A stretch of DNA of 64,000 nt from Opitutales bacterium (lineage in GTDB: Bacteria > Verrucomicrobiota > Verrucomicrobiia > Opitutales > Oceanipulchritudinaceae). Shown here one piece after another: positions 9,280 through 17,725 of this stretch. The notes below the pieces were generated by a model, which saw only the letters and a program-made list of their open reading frames with translations, had not been told where the DNA came from and searched no databases. The position numbers were made by a program, and so were the translations under genes. Numbering within the stretch: position 1 is the first letter of the stretch; the number at the start of each line of letters is the position of its first letter. Where the stretch lies: positions 49,714 to 113,713 of the forward strand of contig JAFGCZ010000001.1 of the NCBI GenBank assembly GCA_016932335.1. The letters are read 5' to 3'.

Positions 9280-11709
9280 ATGAAAAAAAAAGTTAAGATG
9301 ATGATCGGGATGGCATGGATGTCGTCATGCCTCCCACTTCTGGCAAATACTCCTTTGTCCTTTGGAGAGTCCGAGAAAATTAACGACGAATGGCTTTTTA
9401 TTAAGGAGGATGCTCCACAGGCAAAGTCCGCTGCTTTTAATGATCAATCCTGGCAATCAGTAGACTTACCCCACGACTGGAGCGTTAAGGGTACTTTGGA
9501 CGAATCGCTGGCCAGCTGTACCGGATACCTCCCCGGAGGAATCGGATGGTACCGCAAGCATTTAAATATTCCTGCAACCGAAAAAGGCAAAAAGGTCTAT
9601 TTATACTTTGAAGGCGTATACAACCGGAGCGAGGTCTACGTAAACGGCATCCTTTTGGGGAAACGCCCCAATGGCTATGTTTCTTTTTATTACGATGCCA
9701 CCGACGTTGTTCAATACGGGCAGGAGAACATCATCAGCGTGCGCGTAGATCACAGTCGTTCTGCTGATTCCCGTTGGTACACCGGTTCAGGGATTTACCG
9801 TAATGTGTGGGTGGTTTATGCCAATCCCGTGCACATTGCCCCCTGGGGATTGTTCGCTTACCCGGAAGCTGTAACTGAGACCCAGGCCACTGTTTCCGTG
9901 GAGGTAGCCGTCGAAAATGATGCAGAAGAAGGACGTCGGCTTAAGGTGGTTTCCACCCTTTACGATGCCGATGGCAAGGAGGTTGCCACATCCGAAAAAG
10001 CAGTATTTGCAGAAAAAGCTCAAAGCAAAAATGCGGACATGAAACTGGCCGTGTCCCGTCCGCATCTGTGGAGCCTGGAGCATCCATACCTCTATCGGCT
10101 GAAAACCAAAATTTTGGACGAATCCGGTAACGTGTTGGACGAAACGAGTCTTTCCACCGGTATTCGCCGCTTTGATTTCGACTCCAATAAGGGGTTTGCT
10201 CTGAATGGTGAATGGATGAAATTGAAAGGTGTCTGCCTGCATCACGATGCCGGCGTTTTGGGATCGGCGGTTCCCCGTTCCGTTTGGGAAAAACGGCTGA
10301 AAACACTCAAAAGCATTGGCTGTAATGCCATCCGTACCAGCCATAATCCACAGTCTCCTGACCTTTATGAACTCTGCGATGAGCTTGGCATTCTGGTGAT
10401 GGATGAAGGCTTTGATGAATGGAAACACGCCAAGAGAAAATGGTTGAAAGGATGGAACGAAGGAATCCCCGGTTATCAGGGATCTAATGATTTCTTTGAT
10501 GAATGGTCCAGCCGCGATATGGCCGATATCGTGCGCCGTGATCGAAACCACACCAGTATCTTTACCTGGAGCATTGGCAATGAGGTGGATTATCCCAACG
10601 ATCCATATTCTCACCCCATCCTCAATGGGGCAAAAATCAATCAGCCGATGTATGGTGGGTATAAGCCGGATCAGCCCGATGCCAACGAGTTGGGAGACAT
10701 TGCCAAACGGTTGGTTCATGTCGTCAAGCAGTGGGATACTTCCCGCCCGGTAACCGCCGCCCTTGCCGGTGTGGTTATGTCCAACGAAACAGAATATCCC
10801 AAAGTTCTGGATATTGCCGGTTATAACTATACGGAGCACCAATATGCAACGGACCACGAGCGCTATCCCGAACGGGTTATTTACGGCAGCGAAAATATCC
10901 ATTCCATCGATGCCTGGAAAGCGGTTAAAGACAACGAATACATCTTTGGCCAGTTTTTGTGGACGGGGATCGACTATCTGGGGGAATCCCGTGCCTGGCC
11001 GTCCCGCGGCTTCTACTCCGGGCTTTTAGATTTCGGAGGCTTTATCAAGCCTATCGGTTACTTCAGAAAAGCGCTCTGGTCCAGCGAACCCACCGCATAT
11101 CTGGGATCATATCGCAAAGATAACGAAGAGAACATTTCTATGTACGCCTGGCCTGTTTGGAACTACAACTCCGGAGAGCTTATCCGTGTTGTTTGCTATA
11201 CCAATGCCGCCAAAGCCCGATTACTCATCAATGGAAGCAAAGTCGGCGAAGTCAAAAAGTATGACTCTGCTACCGGAATCATTTATTGGGATATTCCCTT
11301 CCAGGCAGGAACTCTTGAAGTCGAAGCAATGGACTTCAACGGAAAAGTGATCTGTCGCGATCAAATACGGACCGCCGGAGAGGCTGAAAAACTGGTGGCA
11401 ACGTCGCTTACCGGCAGTTCTTACCGCGATAAAGATGTGATCATGGTTGAAGTGCAAGTGGTCGATGACAAGGGAGTTACTGTTCTCTCGGCAGAGAATG
11501 AAGTAGTCTGCACACTGAAGGGGCCTGCTGAATTACTTGGTCTGGAAGCCAGCAACAATGCCGATATGTCTGACTATACGGACAACGTGCACCATGTATA
11601 CCACGGTAGAATCCTTGCCTATGTTAAGCCTACGGCAGACACAGGAGAGATTATAGTTTCCTTCAGTTCCCAAGGCCTTACCTCTGCAAAGATAACGATT
11701 AAAGAGTGA
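9280..11709 (+). CDS. Glycoside hydrolase family 2 (beta-galactosidase-like)
   Basis: A signal peptide is present. GH2 hallmarks are DWSV, GIGWYRK, YFEGVY, NAIRTSHNPQSPDLYELCDELGILVMDE, WSIGNE and the FLWTGIDYLGE region. Confidence 0.9.
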   Translation: MKKKVKMMIGMAWMSSCLPLLANTPLSFGESEKINDEWLFIKEDAPQAKSAAFNDQSWQSVDLPHDWSVKGTLDESLASCTGYLPGGIGWYRKHLNIPATEKGKKVYLYFEGVYNRSEVYVNGILLGKRPNGYVSFYYDATDVVQYGQENIISVRVDHSRSADSRWYTGSGIYRNVWVVYANPVHIAPWGLFAYPEAVTETQATVSVEVAVENDAEEGRRLKVVSTLYDADGKEVATSEKAVFAEKAQSKNADMKLAVSRPHLWSLEHPYLYRLKTKILDESGNVLDETSLSTGIRRFDFDSNKGFALNGEWMKLKGVCLHHDAGVLGSAVPRSVWEKRLKTLKSIGCNAIRTSHNPQSPDLYELCDELGILVMDEGFDEWKHAKRKWLKGWNEGIPGYQGSNDFFDEWSSRDMADIVRRDRNHTSIFTWSIGNEVDYPNDPYSHPILNGAKINQPMYGGYKPDQPDANELGDIAKRLVHVVKQWDTSRPVTAALAGVVMSNETEYPKVLDIAGYNYTEHQYATDHERYPERVIYGSENIHSIDAWKAVKDNEYIFGQFLWTGIDYLGESRAWPSRGFYSGLLDFGGFIKPIGYFRKALWSSEPTAYLGSYRKDNEENISMYAWPVWNYNSGELIRVVCYTNAAKARLLINGSKVGEVKKYDSATGIIYWDIPFQAGTLEVEAMDFNGKVICRDQIRTAGEAEKLVATSLTGSSYRDKDVIMVEVQVVDDKGVTVLSAENEVVCTLKGPAELLGLEASNNADMSDYTDNVHHVYHGRILAYVKPTADTGEIIVSFSSQGLTSAKITIKE

Positions 11710-11809
11710 TTGCTTACTATAGATTTGGCAAGTATGTGCTGATAATTGTAAAAGAAAGTCTGTAACTTTTAGTCACTAGTTCAACTCATTACCAACGATA
11801 TAATTCCTT

Positions 11810-13357
11810 ATGAATAAAAAACTTCAATTGGCGGCGCTGGCTTTGTCGTGCACCGCATTGCTTGCCCCTGCTCAGGCCGAAACCACTATTGAAATTAAAA
11901 CAGATCCTTCCGGCGCAAAAATTGAACCTGCAATTTTTGGACAGTTTGCTGAACATCTGGGCCAGTGCATCTACGGAGGTATCTGGGTCGGGGAGGATAG
12001 CTCCATCCCCAATACCCGTGGTATCCGCAACGATGTCATCGAGGCATTAAAAGAGCTTCAGGTTCCCGTTATTCGCTGGCCGGGCGGTTGCTTTGCCGAT
12101 GAATATCACTGGAAAAACGGTATTGGCCCCCAGGAGTCTCGCCCAAAAATGATCAATACCAACTGGGGTGGTGTGGTTGAGGACAACAGTTTTGGTACGC
12201 ACGAGTTTCTCGACCTCTGCGAGCTGGTTGGAGCCGAGCCATACATCTGTGGAAACGTCGGCAGCGGCAGTGTTCAGGAGATGGCTGAATGGGTCGAATA
12301 CATGACAAGTAACGAAGATAGCCCCATGGCCAATCTGCGTCGCCAAAACGGTCGAGATCAAGCCTGGAAGATTCCATATTTCGGTGTCGGCAATGAAAGC
12401 TGGGGCTGTGGTGGGAGTATGCGTCCAGAATATTATGCCGATCTTTACCGGCGCTTCAGTACCTTTGTTAAGAACTATTCCGGCAACAGTGTTTACAAAA
12501 TTGCCAGCGGTTCCAACGCCGATGATTACAATTGGACAGAGGTGCTCATGGAGCGTGCCCGCTGGCAAATGAATGGACTCTCCCTGCACTATTACACGAT
12601 CCCCACGGGCGATTGGGGAAAGAAGGGCTCGGCCACCGATTTCGGTGAAGATCAATGGTTTTCCACCCTACAGCGCACCCTCTACATGGATGAGGTGATC
12701 ACCGATCACAGTCAGATCATGGATGAATACGATCCTGAGAAAAGAGTCGGACTGATGATTGATGAATGGGGTATCTGGACGGATGTGGAGCCGGGAACCA
12801 ATCCGGGTTTCCTCTATCAGCAGAATTCACTGCGCGATGCACTGGTTGCCGGGATCAACATCAATATCTTTATTGCCCACGCCGATCGCGTAAAGATGAC
12901 GAACATTGCCCAAATGATCAATGTATTGCAGACTATGCTGCTGACCAAAGACGATCAAATGGTGAAAACACCAACGTTCTATGCCTTCAAAATGCTCAAC
13001 GTGCATCAGGGGGCAACGGAGCTGAATATTGAGGTGGACACCGACGACTACAGCTTCAACGGAGAGTCAATCCCCGCAGTGACTGCTGCCGCCAGCAGAA
13101 ATGTCCAGGGACAAATCAACATCAGCCTTTGTAACCTGAACCCCAACGAGGCACAGGACGTCACCATCTCGCTTCCGCAAACACCTGCGGGCAACATACG
13201 CGGAACCATCCTTACTTCGGATGAGATTACGGCCCACAATACTTTTGAGAATCCCGATAAGGTAAAACCGGAAGTCTTCAATGGAGCCTCAGTTCAAGGC
13301 AACACCGTTACAGTTAAGCTGCCGGCCAAATCCCTGGTGGTTCTTTCTTTGCCATAA
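11810..13357 (+). CDS. Alpha-L-arabinofuranosidase, GH51
   Basis: The signal peptide is [25 protein letters not shown]51 motifs are [14 protein letters not shown], the acid/base region [13 protein letters not shown] and the nucleophile region IDEWGIW. Confidence 0.9.
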   Translation: MNKKLQLAALALSCTALLAPAQAETTIEIKTDPSGAKIEPAIFGQFAEHLGQCIYGGIWVGEDSSIPNTRGIRNDVIEALKELQVPVIRWPGGCFADEYHWKNGIGPQESRPKMINTNWGGVVEDNSFGTHEFLDLCELVGAEPYICGNVGSGSVQEMAEWVEYMTSNEDSPMANLRRQNGRDQAWKIPYFGVGNESWGCGGSMRPEYYADLYRRFSTFVKNYSGNSVYKIASGSNADDYNWTEVLMERARWQMNGLSLHYYTIPTGDWGKKGSATDFGEDQWFSTLQRTLYMDEVITDHSQIMDEYDPEKRVGLMIDEWGIWTDVEPGTNPGFLYQQNSLRDALVAGININIFIAHADRVKMTNIAQMINVLQTMLLTKDDQMVKTPTFYAFKMLNVHQGATELNIEVDTDDYSFNGESIPAVTAAASRNVQGQINISLCNLNPNEAQDVTISLPQTPAGNIRGTILTSDEITAHNTFENPDKVKPEVFNGASVQGNTVTVKLPAKSLVVLSLP

Positions 13358-13378
13358 GTTTGGTTACAGAATCGGTAG

Positions 13379-13406
13379 AAGCCCCTCTTCTGGAGGGGCT
13401 TTTTTC
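13379..13406 (+). terminator. Rho-independent terminator after the GH51 gene
   Basis: The hairpin AAGCCCCTC-ttctg-GAGGGGCTT is followed by a T-run. Confidence 0.8.
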
Positions 13407-13487
13407 TGAAAACTGTTTTGTACCACACAGATTTGTTCCTGTGTCTTCGGCTTCTTCTACTCACCGCTCACTCCATTACCCACCCTC

Positions 13488-16406
13488 ATGAATACAAAAT
13501 TGTTCCAAACCTTTGTATCTTCACTTTTGCTGATATCTTCAGCACTCTCCGCCGCATCTGTTACCGGGCTTGATTGTAACGGTCATTTAATTAGCACGAT
13601 TAGCGCTGAAAACGACGATTTCACTTATGCACGACTAAACGGCGGTATTCAGTTTCGGACCAACGGTATTACCAAAAATATTATTTTTTATGGACCTAGA
13701 ACCGTAAGAGTAAATGCCAATCTTGGTGTCAACTATTGGTCCGCACCAAGCCTTGTAGTCATTAGCCAACCCTGTCCGGTTGATTTTAACCTGTCGGAAA
13801 CAAGTAATACGCTTCTCCTTAAAAGCGCTGAACTTATTCTGGAAATAAACAAACGAACCGGTGCGGTGTCTTTTTTTGATTCTATGGGAAATCTCTATAC
13901 GCAGGAGCGAAAGGATATCCCTCAATCCATCCGTCCGCACAAGGACCCTCAATCCCAAACCTATGAAGTCGAGAATACGTTTACGCTGAAAAAAGATGAG
14001 GCTCTTTATGGATTCGGTTTTCTCGCGGAAAATGAGTCCAATCGCCGCGGAAAAGAGCTGCTTTTGATTCAGACCAACATGGGGATTGTCATACCGGTTA
14101 TGATGTCATCTGAGAACTATGGGATTCTTTGGGATACTTATTCGGTGATGAAGTTTAAAGACGATGCTCAAGGCGCTACTCTATGGGCTGAAAATGCACC
14201 TGGAGGCGTCGATTATTACTTCATGGCCGGAGACTGTTTGGACGATGTTGTTGCAGACTATCGCCGATTGACGGGTAAAGCGCCCATGTACCCCAAACAG
14301 GCCTTTGGACTTTTTATGAGCAAAGAGCGTTACAAAGATCAACAAAGGCTTGTTGAAGTGGCTGAAACGTTTCGCAAAGAGCAATTTCCTCTGGATTACA
14401 TTGTGCAGGATTGGCAATACTGGGGGTCCGATCAAGACGGAACCTGGAGTGGTATGATCTGGAATCCGGAGCGTTATCCCGACGCCGAAGCAATGACGCG
14501 TAGAATCCATGATTTGAACATGAAACTGATGATCTCAATTTGGCCATCCGTTGGAAACGACACCGAGTTGGCTAAAGAGTTGGATACATATGGTTTGCGC
14601 TTTAAGCCTCTGCACTGGATCTCGAAAAAGGCCCGTGTTTACGATGCTTTCAGTAAGAAAGGAAGGGAGATTTATTTTAAGTACATCAAAGAGGGATTAT
14701 TGGATAAAGGTGTGGATGCGCTTTGGATGGATGGAACTGAAGTTGAGGTAACCACAGCCTGTTGGGGGGCCGAAGAGGTGGCTCGCGATATCAAATCACT
14801 CGGCATGAATGCCATGGGCGATTTTTCCAGATACCTAAACCCGTATTCTTTAATGACCACCCAAGGGACTTATGATGGGCAAAGGGCTACCGGCAACAAA
14901 CGAGTCTTTACGTTAACTCGCTCTGCATGGGCCGGTGCTCAACGCACTGCAGCGGCATCCTGGTCGGGTGACATTTACGCCAACTGGAACTCGTTTCAAC
15001 AACAAGTAGCCGATGGCATAAATGTAACGGTTACTGGGAATCCCTATTGGACTCAGGATTCTGGTGGTTTTTTTGTTTCCGAGTTTCCTGGAGGCGAAGC
15101 CAACCCGGCTTACAGAGAGTTGTTTGCCCGTTGGTTTCAGTTTAGTGCATTCAATCCAATTATGCGTATTCATGGAACAAGTATAGAGCGGGAACCTTAT
15201 ATTTTTATAGAAATGGATCCTCCCGTATATGCCTCTCTACTGGATACGGTGCATTTGCGCTATCAATTGTTGCCCTATATTTATAGTCTTAGTTGGCAGG
15301 TTACGCAAAATGATTACACATTAATGCGCCCTCTGGTTATGGATTTTTCTGAGGATAAAGCTGTTTTCCAAATAAATGATGCGTTTATGTTTGGGGGTTC
15401 GCTTCTGATACATCCGGTAACACGCCCTATGTTCCATCTCTCAAATCCACCGGCGGCAACAATTCCTTCGCCCCATCTTATCACTACCGATGGGAAGCCG
15501 GGGCTATCTGGACAGTATTTTTCCGGTGAGAACTTTGAGAAACCCATGGATAAAACTGTAGACTTGACGATTGATCACACTTGGCCCGGTCCGCCTTTGG
15601 CAGATCCGCCCGGAAGTCTTGATGGGTGTTATAACTTTTCGGCAAAGTGGCAAGGCTACTTGATTGCTGAAGAAGAAGGTACGTATGAAATTGGCCTGGA
15701 AGGAGACGATGGTTTTCGCTTATTCCTCAATGGTGAACTTGTCGTCGACGATTGGAATTACGGAGGTAAGCGTTACCGCTTTGCCCAGCGTGCATTCCAA
15801 AAAGGAGAGAAAATCCCCGTAAAAATAGAATTTTTTCAGGGAGGTAATGAGCGTTGTTTGCGTCTGGCATGGCGCACTCCCAGAGATCTTGAACAATTGA
15901 AACAAGCCAGTGCCGATTTGGATCTAAGGATTTCCACTTATCTTCCGAAAGGAACTGATTGGTATGATTTCTGGAACAATACATTCTATATTGGTGGGCA
16001 GAGCGTGGAAACAGAACCTCCGTTGAATATAATTCCTCTTTACGTACGTGCTGGATCCATTCTTCCAATGGGACCAGTCCTTCAATATGCAACCGAGCAA
16101 CCGGATGCTCCTTATGAAATCCGAGTCTATCCGGGAGCCGATGCATCGTTTACGCTCTATGAAGACGATAACGAAACCTATAACTATGAAAAAGGAGAAT
16201 ACGCGACTTACGATTTAGTATGGGACGATTCTTCCAAAACGCTGAGCATTGGTCCGCGTCAAGGTCGTTTTCCGGGGCTGATCAAGGAACGCACATTAAA
16301 TATAATCCTTATAGAGCCTGGTGCGCCTGGAGGGTTGAAAACGCATTCTCCTCGTGAGGTATCAATTCTTTATGATGGAAGCCCTCAAATTATACGCTTT
16401 GAATAA
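13488..16406 (+). CDS. GH31 alpha-glycosidase (alpha-xylosidase/alpha-glucosidase-like) with an inserted PA14 domain
   Basis: A signal peptide is present. The GH31 core motifs are DYIVQDWQYWG, GVDALWMDGTE, LTRSAWAGAQR, WSGD and FNPIMRIHG. A PA14-like block (GLSGQYFSGENF...FRLFLNGELVVDDW...LRLAWRTP) lies at about nt 15501-15881. Confidence 0.85.
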   Translation: MNTKLFQTFVSSLLLISSALSAASVTGLDCNGHLISTISAENDDFTYARLNGGIQFRTNGITKNIIFYGPRTVRVNANLGVNYWSAPSLVVISQPCPVDFNLSETSNTLLLKSAELILEINKRTGAVSFFDSMGNLYTQERKDIPQSIRPHKDPQSQTYEVENTFTLKKDEALYGFGFLAENESNRRGKELLLIQTNMGIVIPVMMSSENYGILWDTYSVMKFKDDAQGATLWAENAPGGVDYYFMAGDCLDDVVADYRRLTGKAPMYPKQAFGLFMSKERYKDQQRLVEVAETFRKEQFPLDYIVQDWQYWGSDQDGTWSGMIWNPERYPDAEAMTRRIHDLNMKLMISIWPSVGNDTELAKELDTYGLRFKPLHWISKKARVYDAFSKKGREIYFKYIKEGLLDKGVDALWMDGTEVEVTTACWGAEEVARDIKSLGMNAMGDFSRYLNPYSLMTTQGTYDGQRATGNKRVFTLTRSAWAGAQRTAAASWSGDIYANWNSFQQQVADGINVTVTGNPYWTQDSGGFFVSEFPGGEANPAYRELFARWFQFSAFNPIMRIHGTSIEREPYIFIEMDPPVYASLLDTVHLRYQLLPYIYSLSWQVTQNDYTLMRPLVMDFSEDKAVFQINDAFMFGGSLLIHPVTRPMFHLSNPPAATIPSPHLITTDGKPGLSGQYFSGENFEKPMDKTVDLTIDHTWPGPPLADPPGSLDGCYNFSAKWQGYLIAEEEGTYEIGLEGDDGFRLFLNGELVVDDWNYGGKRYRFAQRAFQKGEKIPVKIEFFQGGNERCLRLAWRTPRDLEQLKQASADLDLRISTYLPKGTDWYDFWNNTFYIGGQSVETEPPLNIIPLYVRAGSILPMGPVLQYATEQPDAPYEIRVYPGADASFTLYEDDNETYNYEKGEYATYDLVWDDSSKTLSIGPRQGRFPGLIKERTLNIILIEPGAPGGLKTHSPREVSILYDGSPQIIRFE

Positions 16407-16435
16407 ATAGCAGTCGTATTCTTTTATTGAACCAC

Positions 16436-16465
16436 AAAAAAGGAAGCCGTTAAGGCTTCCTTTTT
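16436..16465. terminator. Bidirectional rho-independent terminator between the convergent GH31 and threonine aldolase genes
   Basis: The sequence AAAAA-GGAAGCC-gttaa-GGCTTCC-TTTTT has an A-run on one side and a T-run on the other. Confidence 0.75.
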
Positions 16466-16486
16466 AGGTTCAAAGTGAGGTGAGCA

Positions 16487-17557
16487 TTAGGCCTTGCCGA
16501 ACTGTGGAGCAAGTTCTGCAACATCTGCGGCAAATTGCAGCACATCCTCCTCGGTGGTGTCCCAGGAGCACATCAGACGAGCTCCGCCGGCGGCAATGAA
16601 GTCATAGAAACGCCAACCGCGTTCAAACAGGGCTTCCACCAGTTGCTGATGCATTTTGGCAAACACGCTGTTAACCTGCCGGGGGTAGGCAATCTCCACC
16701 GCCTCAATCTCCCGCAGCTTGCTCTCCAGTAGTGCAGCACGTTCATTGGCGGTTTGCGCATTCTTCAGCCAGGCTCCGGTTTTCAGCATACCCAGCCAGG
16801 GCGCGGCCAGAAAACGCATTTTACTGGCCAGTTGGCCGGCCTGCTTGCAGCGATAATCAAACTCGCGGGCCAATTCCGTGTTGAAGAAGACAATAGCTTC
16901 ACCAACCGCCAAGCCATTTTTGGTTCCTCCAAAGCAAAGCACATCCACTCCCGCTTTCCAGGTGATGTCTTTGGGGGCACATTTCAACGCAGCAATAGCA
17001 TTGGCAAAACGGGCTCCATCCATGTGCACCTTCAGCCCCAAACCGTGGGTCAGAGCCCCCAGTTCGCGAATTTCTTCCACGCTGTAAATAGTGCCAACTT
17101 CTGTGGCTTGAGTCAGGCTCAGCACGCGTGGTTTGGGATAGTGGATATCGTTGCGGCGGTGTACCATGTGCTCGATTTGAGCAGGGTCTACTTTGCCGTT
17201 TTCCCCGCCCACGGTGAGCAGCTTGGTGCCTCCCGAGAAGAATTCGATGGCACCGCACTCGTCCGTTTCAATATGGGCCAGATCGTGGCAAATAATGCTG
17301 TGATAACTCCGGCACATAGATGCCAACGACAGGGAATTGGAAGCTGTTCCGTTGAACGTGAAGAAAACCTCACAGTCCGTTTCGAACAGCTCGCGAATCA
17401 TGTTACAGGCTTTTTCGGTGTAGGTATCGGCTCCATAAGCCGGTACATGCACTTCATTTGCCGACTGCATGGCTTGCCATGCCTCCGGGCAAATACCTGC
17501 GTAATTGTCGCTGGCGAAGGTACGTTTTTGGTATTGCATGATGTTGGAATGCTGCAC
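16487..17557 (-). CDS. ltaE: Low-specificity L-threonine aldolase (PLP-dependent, beta-eliminating lyase fold)
   Basis: Supporting motifs are FASDNYAGICPEAW, FNGTASN, HMDGARFANA and the PLP-lysine region FGGTKNG. An alternative start is the ATG at 17539. Confidence 0.8.
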   Translation of the reverse strand: MQHSNIMQYQKRTFASDNYAGICPEAWQAMQSANEVHVPAYGADTYTEKACNMIRELFETDCEVFFTFNGTASNSLSLASMCRSYHSIICHDLAHIETDECGAIEFFSGGTKLLTVGGENGKVDPAQIEHMVHRRNDIHYPKPRVLSLTQATEVGTIYSVEEIRELGALTHGLGLKVHMDGARFANAIAALKCAPKDITWKAGVDVLCFGGTKNGLAVGEAIVFFNTELAREFDYRCKQAGQLASKMRFLAAPWLGMLKTGAWLKNAQTANERAALLESKLREIEAVEIAYPRQVNSVFAKMHQQLVEALFERGWRFYDFIAAGGARLMCSWDTTEEDVLQFAADVAELAPQFGKA

Positions 17558-17671
17558 GGGACTTCTCCCGTGGTATTTTGATGAAGAGTTTCTCTATACA
17601 GAATTTATCAGAAGAATCTATGCCCAAATGCGGTTTATGTCTGTAAATGCAGCACTTTTTGCGCGAATGGC

Positions 17672-17703
17672 AAAAAAAGAGCGACTCCTTTCAGAGTCGC
17701 TCT
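17672..17703 (-). terminator. Rho-independent terminator downstream of the EF-G paralogue (minus strand)
   Basis: On the minus strand, the hairpin AGAGCGACTC-N6-GAGTCGCTCT is followed by a T-run, which is the complement of the A-run at 17672-17678. Confidence 0.75.
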
Positions 17704-17725
17704 TTGCTAAAATAGGGTGCAGCAC

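Noticed and set aside
9283-9291. An A9 homopolymer right after the GH2 start codon as a phase-variation tract
   Set aside because: It encodes the Lys-rich n-region of a signal peptide (MKKKVK). Nine A residues is short for efficient slipped-strand switching, and nothing else suggests contingency-locus behaviour.
9787-10902. A 371-aa ORF on the minus strand inside the GH2 gene
   Set aside because: It is fully antisense to a gene with strong GH2 motifs. The translation is low-complexity (rich in Gly/Ile/His/Phe) with no recognisable motif. Long antisense frames of this kind are expected opposite coding regions with a strong codon bias.
16754-17581. A 275-aa plus-strand ORF opposite the threonine aldolase gene
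   Set aside because: The minus-strand product has clear PLP-aldolase motifs. The plus-strand translation is featureless and would run through the bidirectional terminator context.
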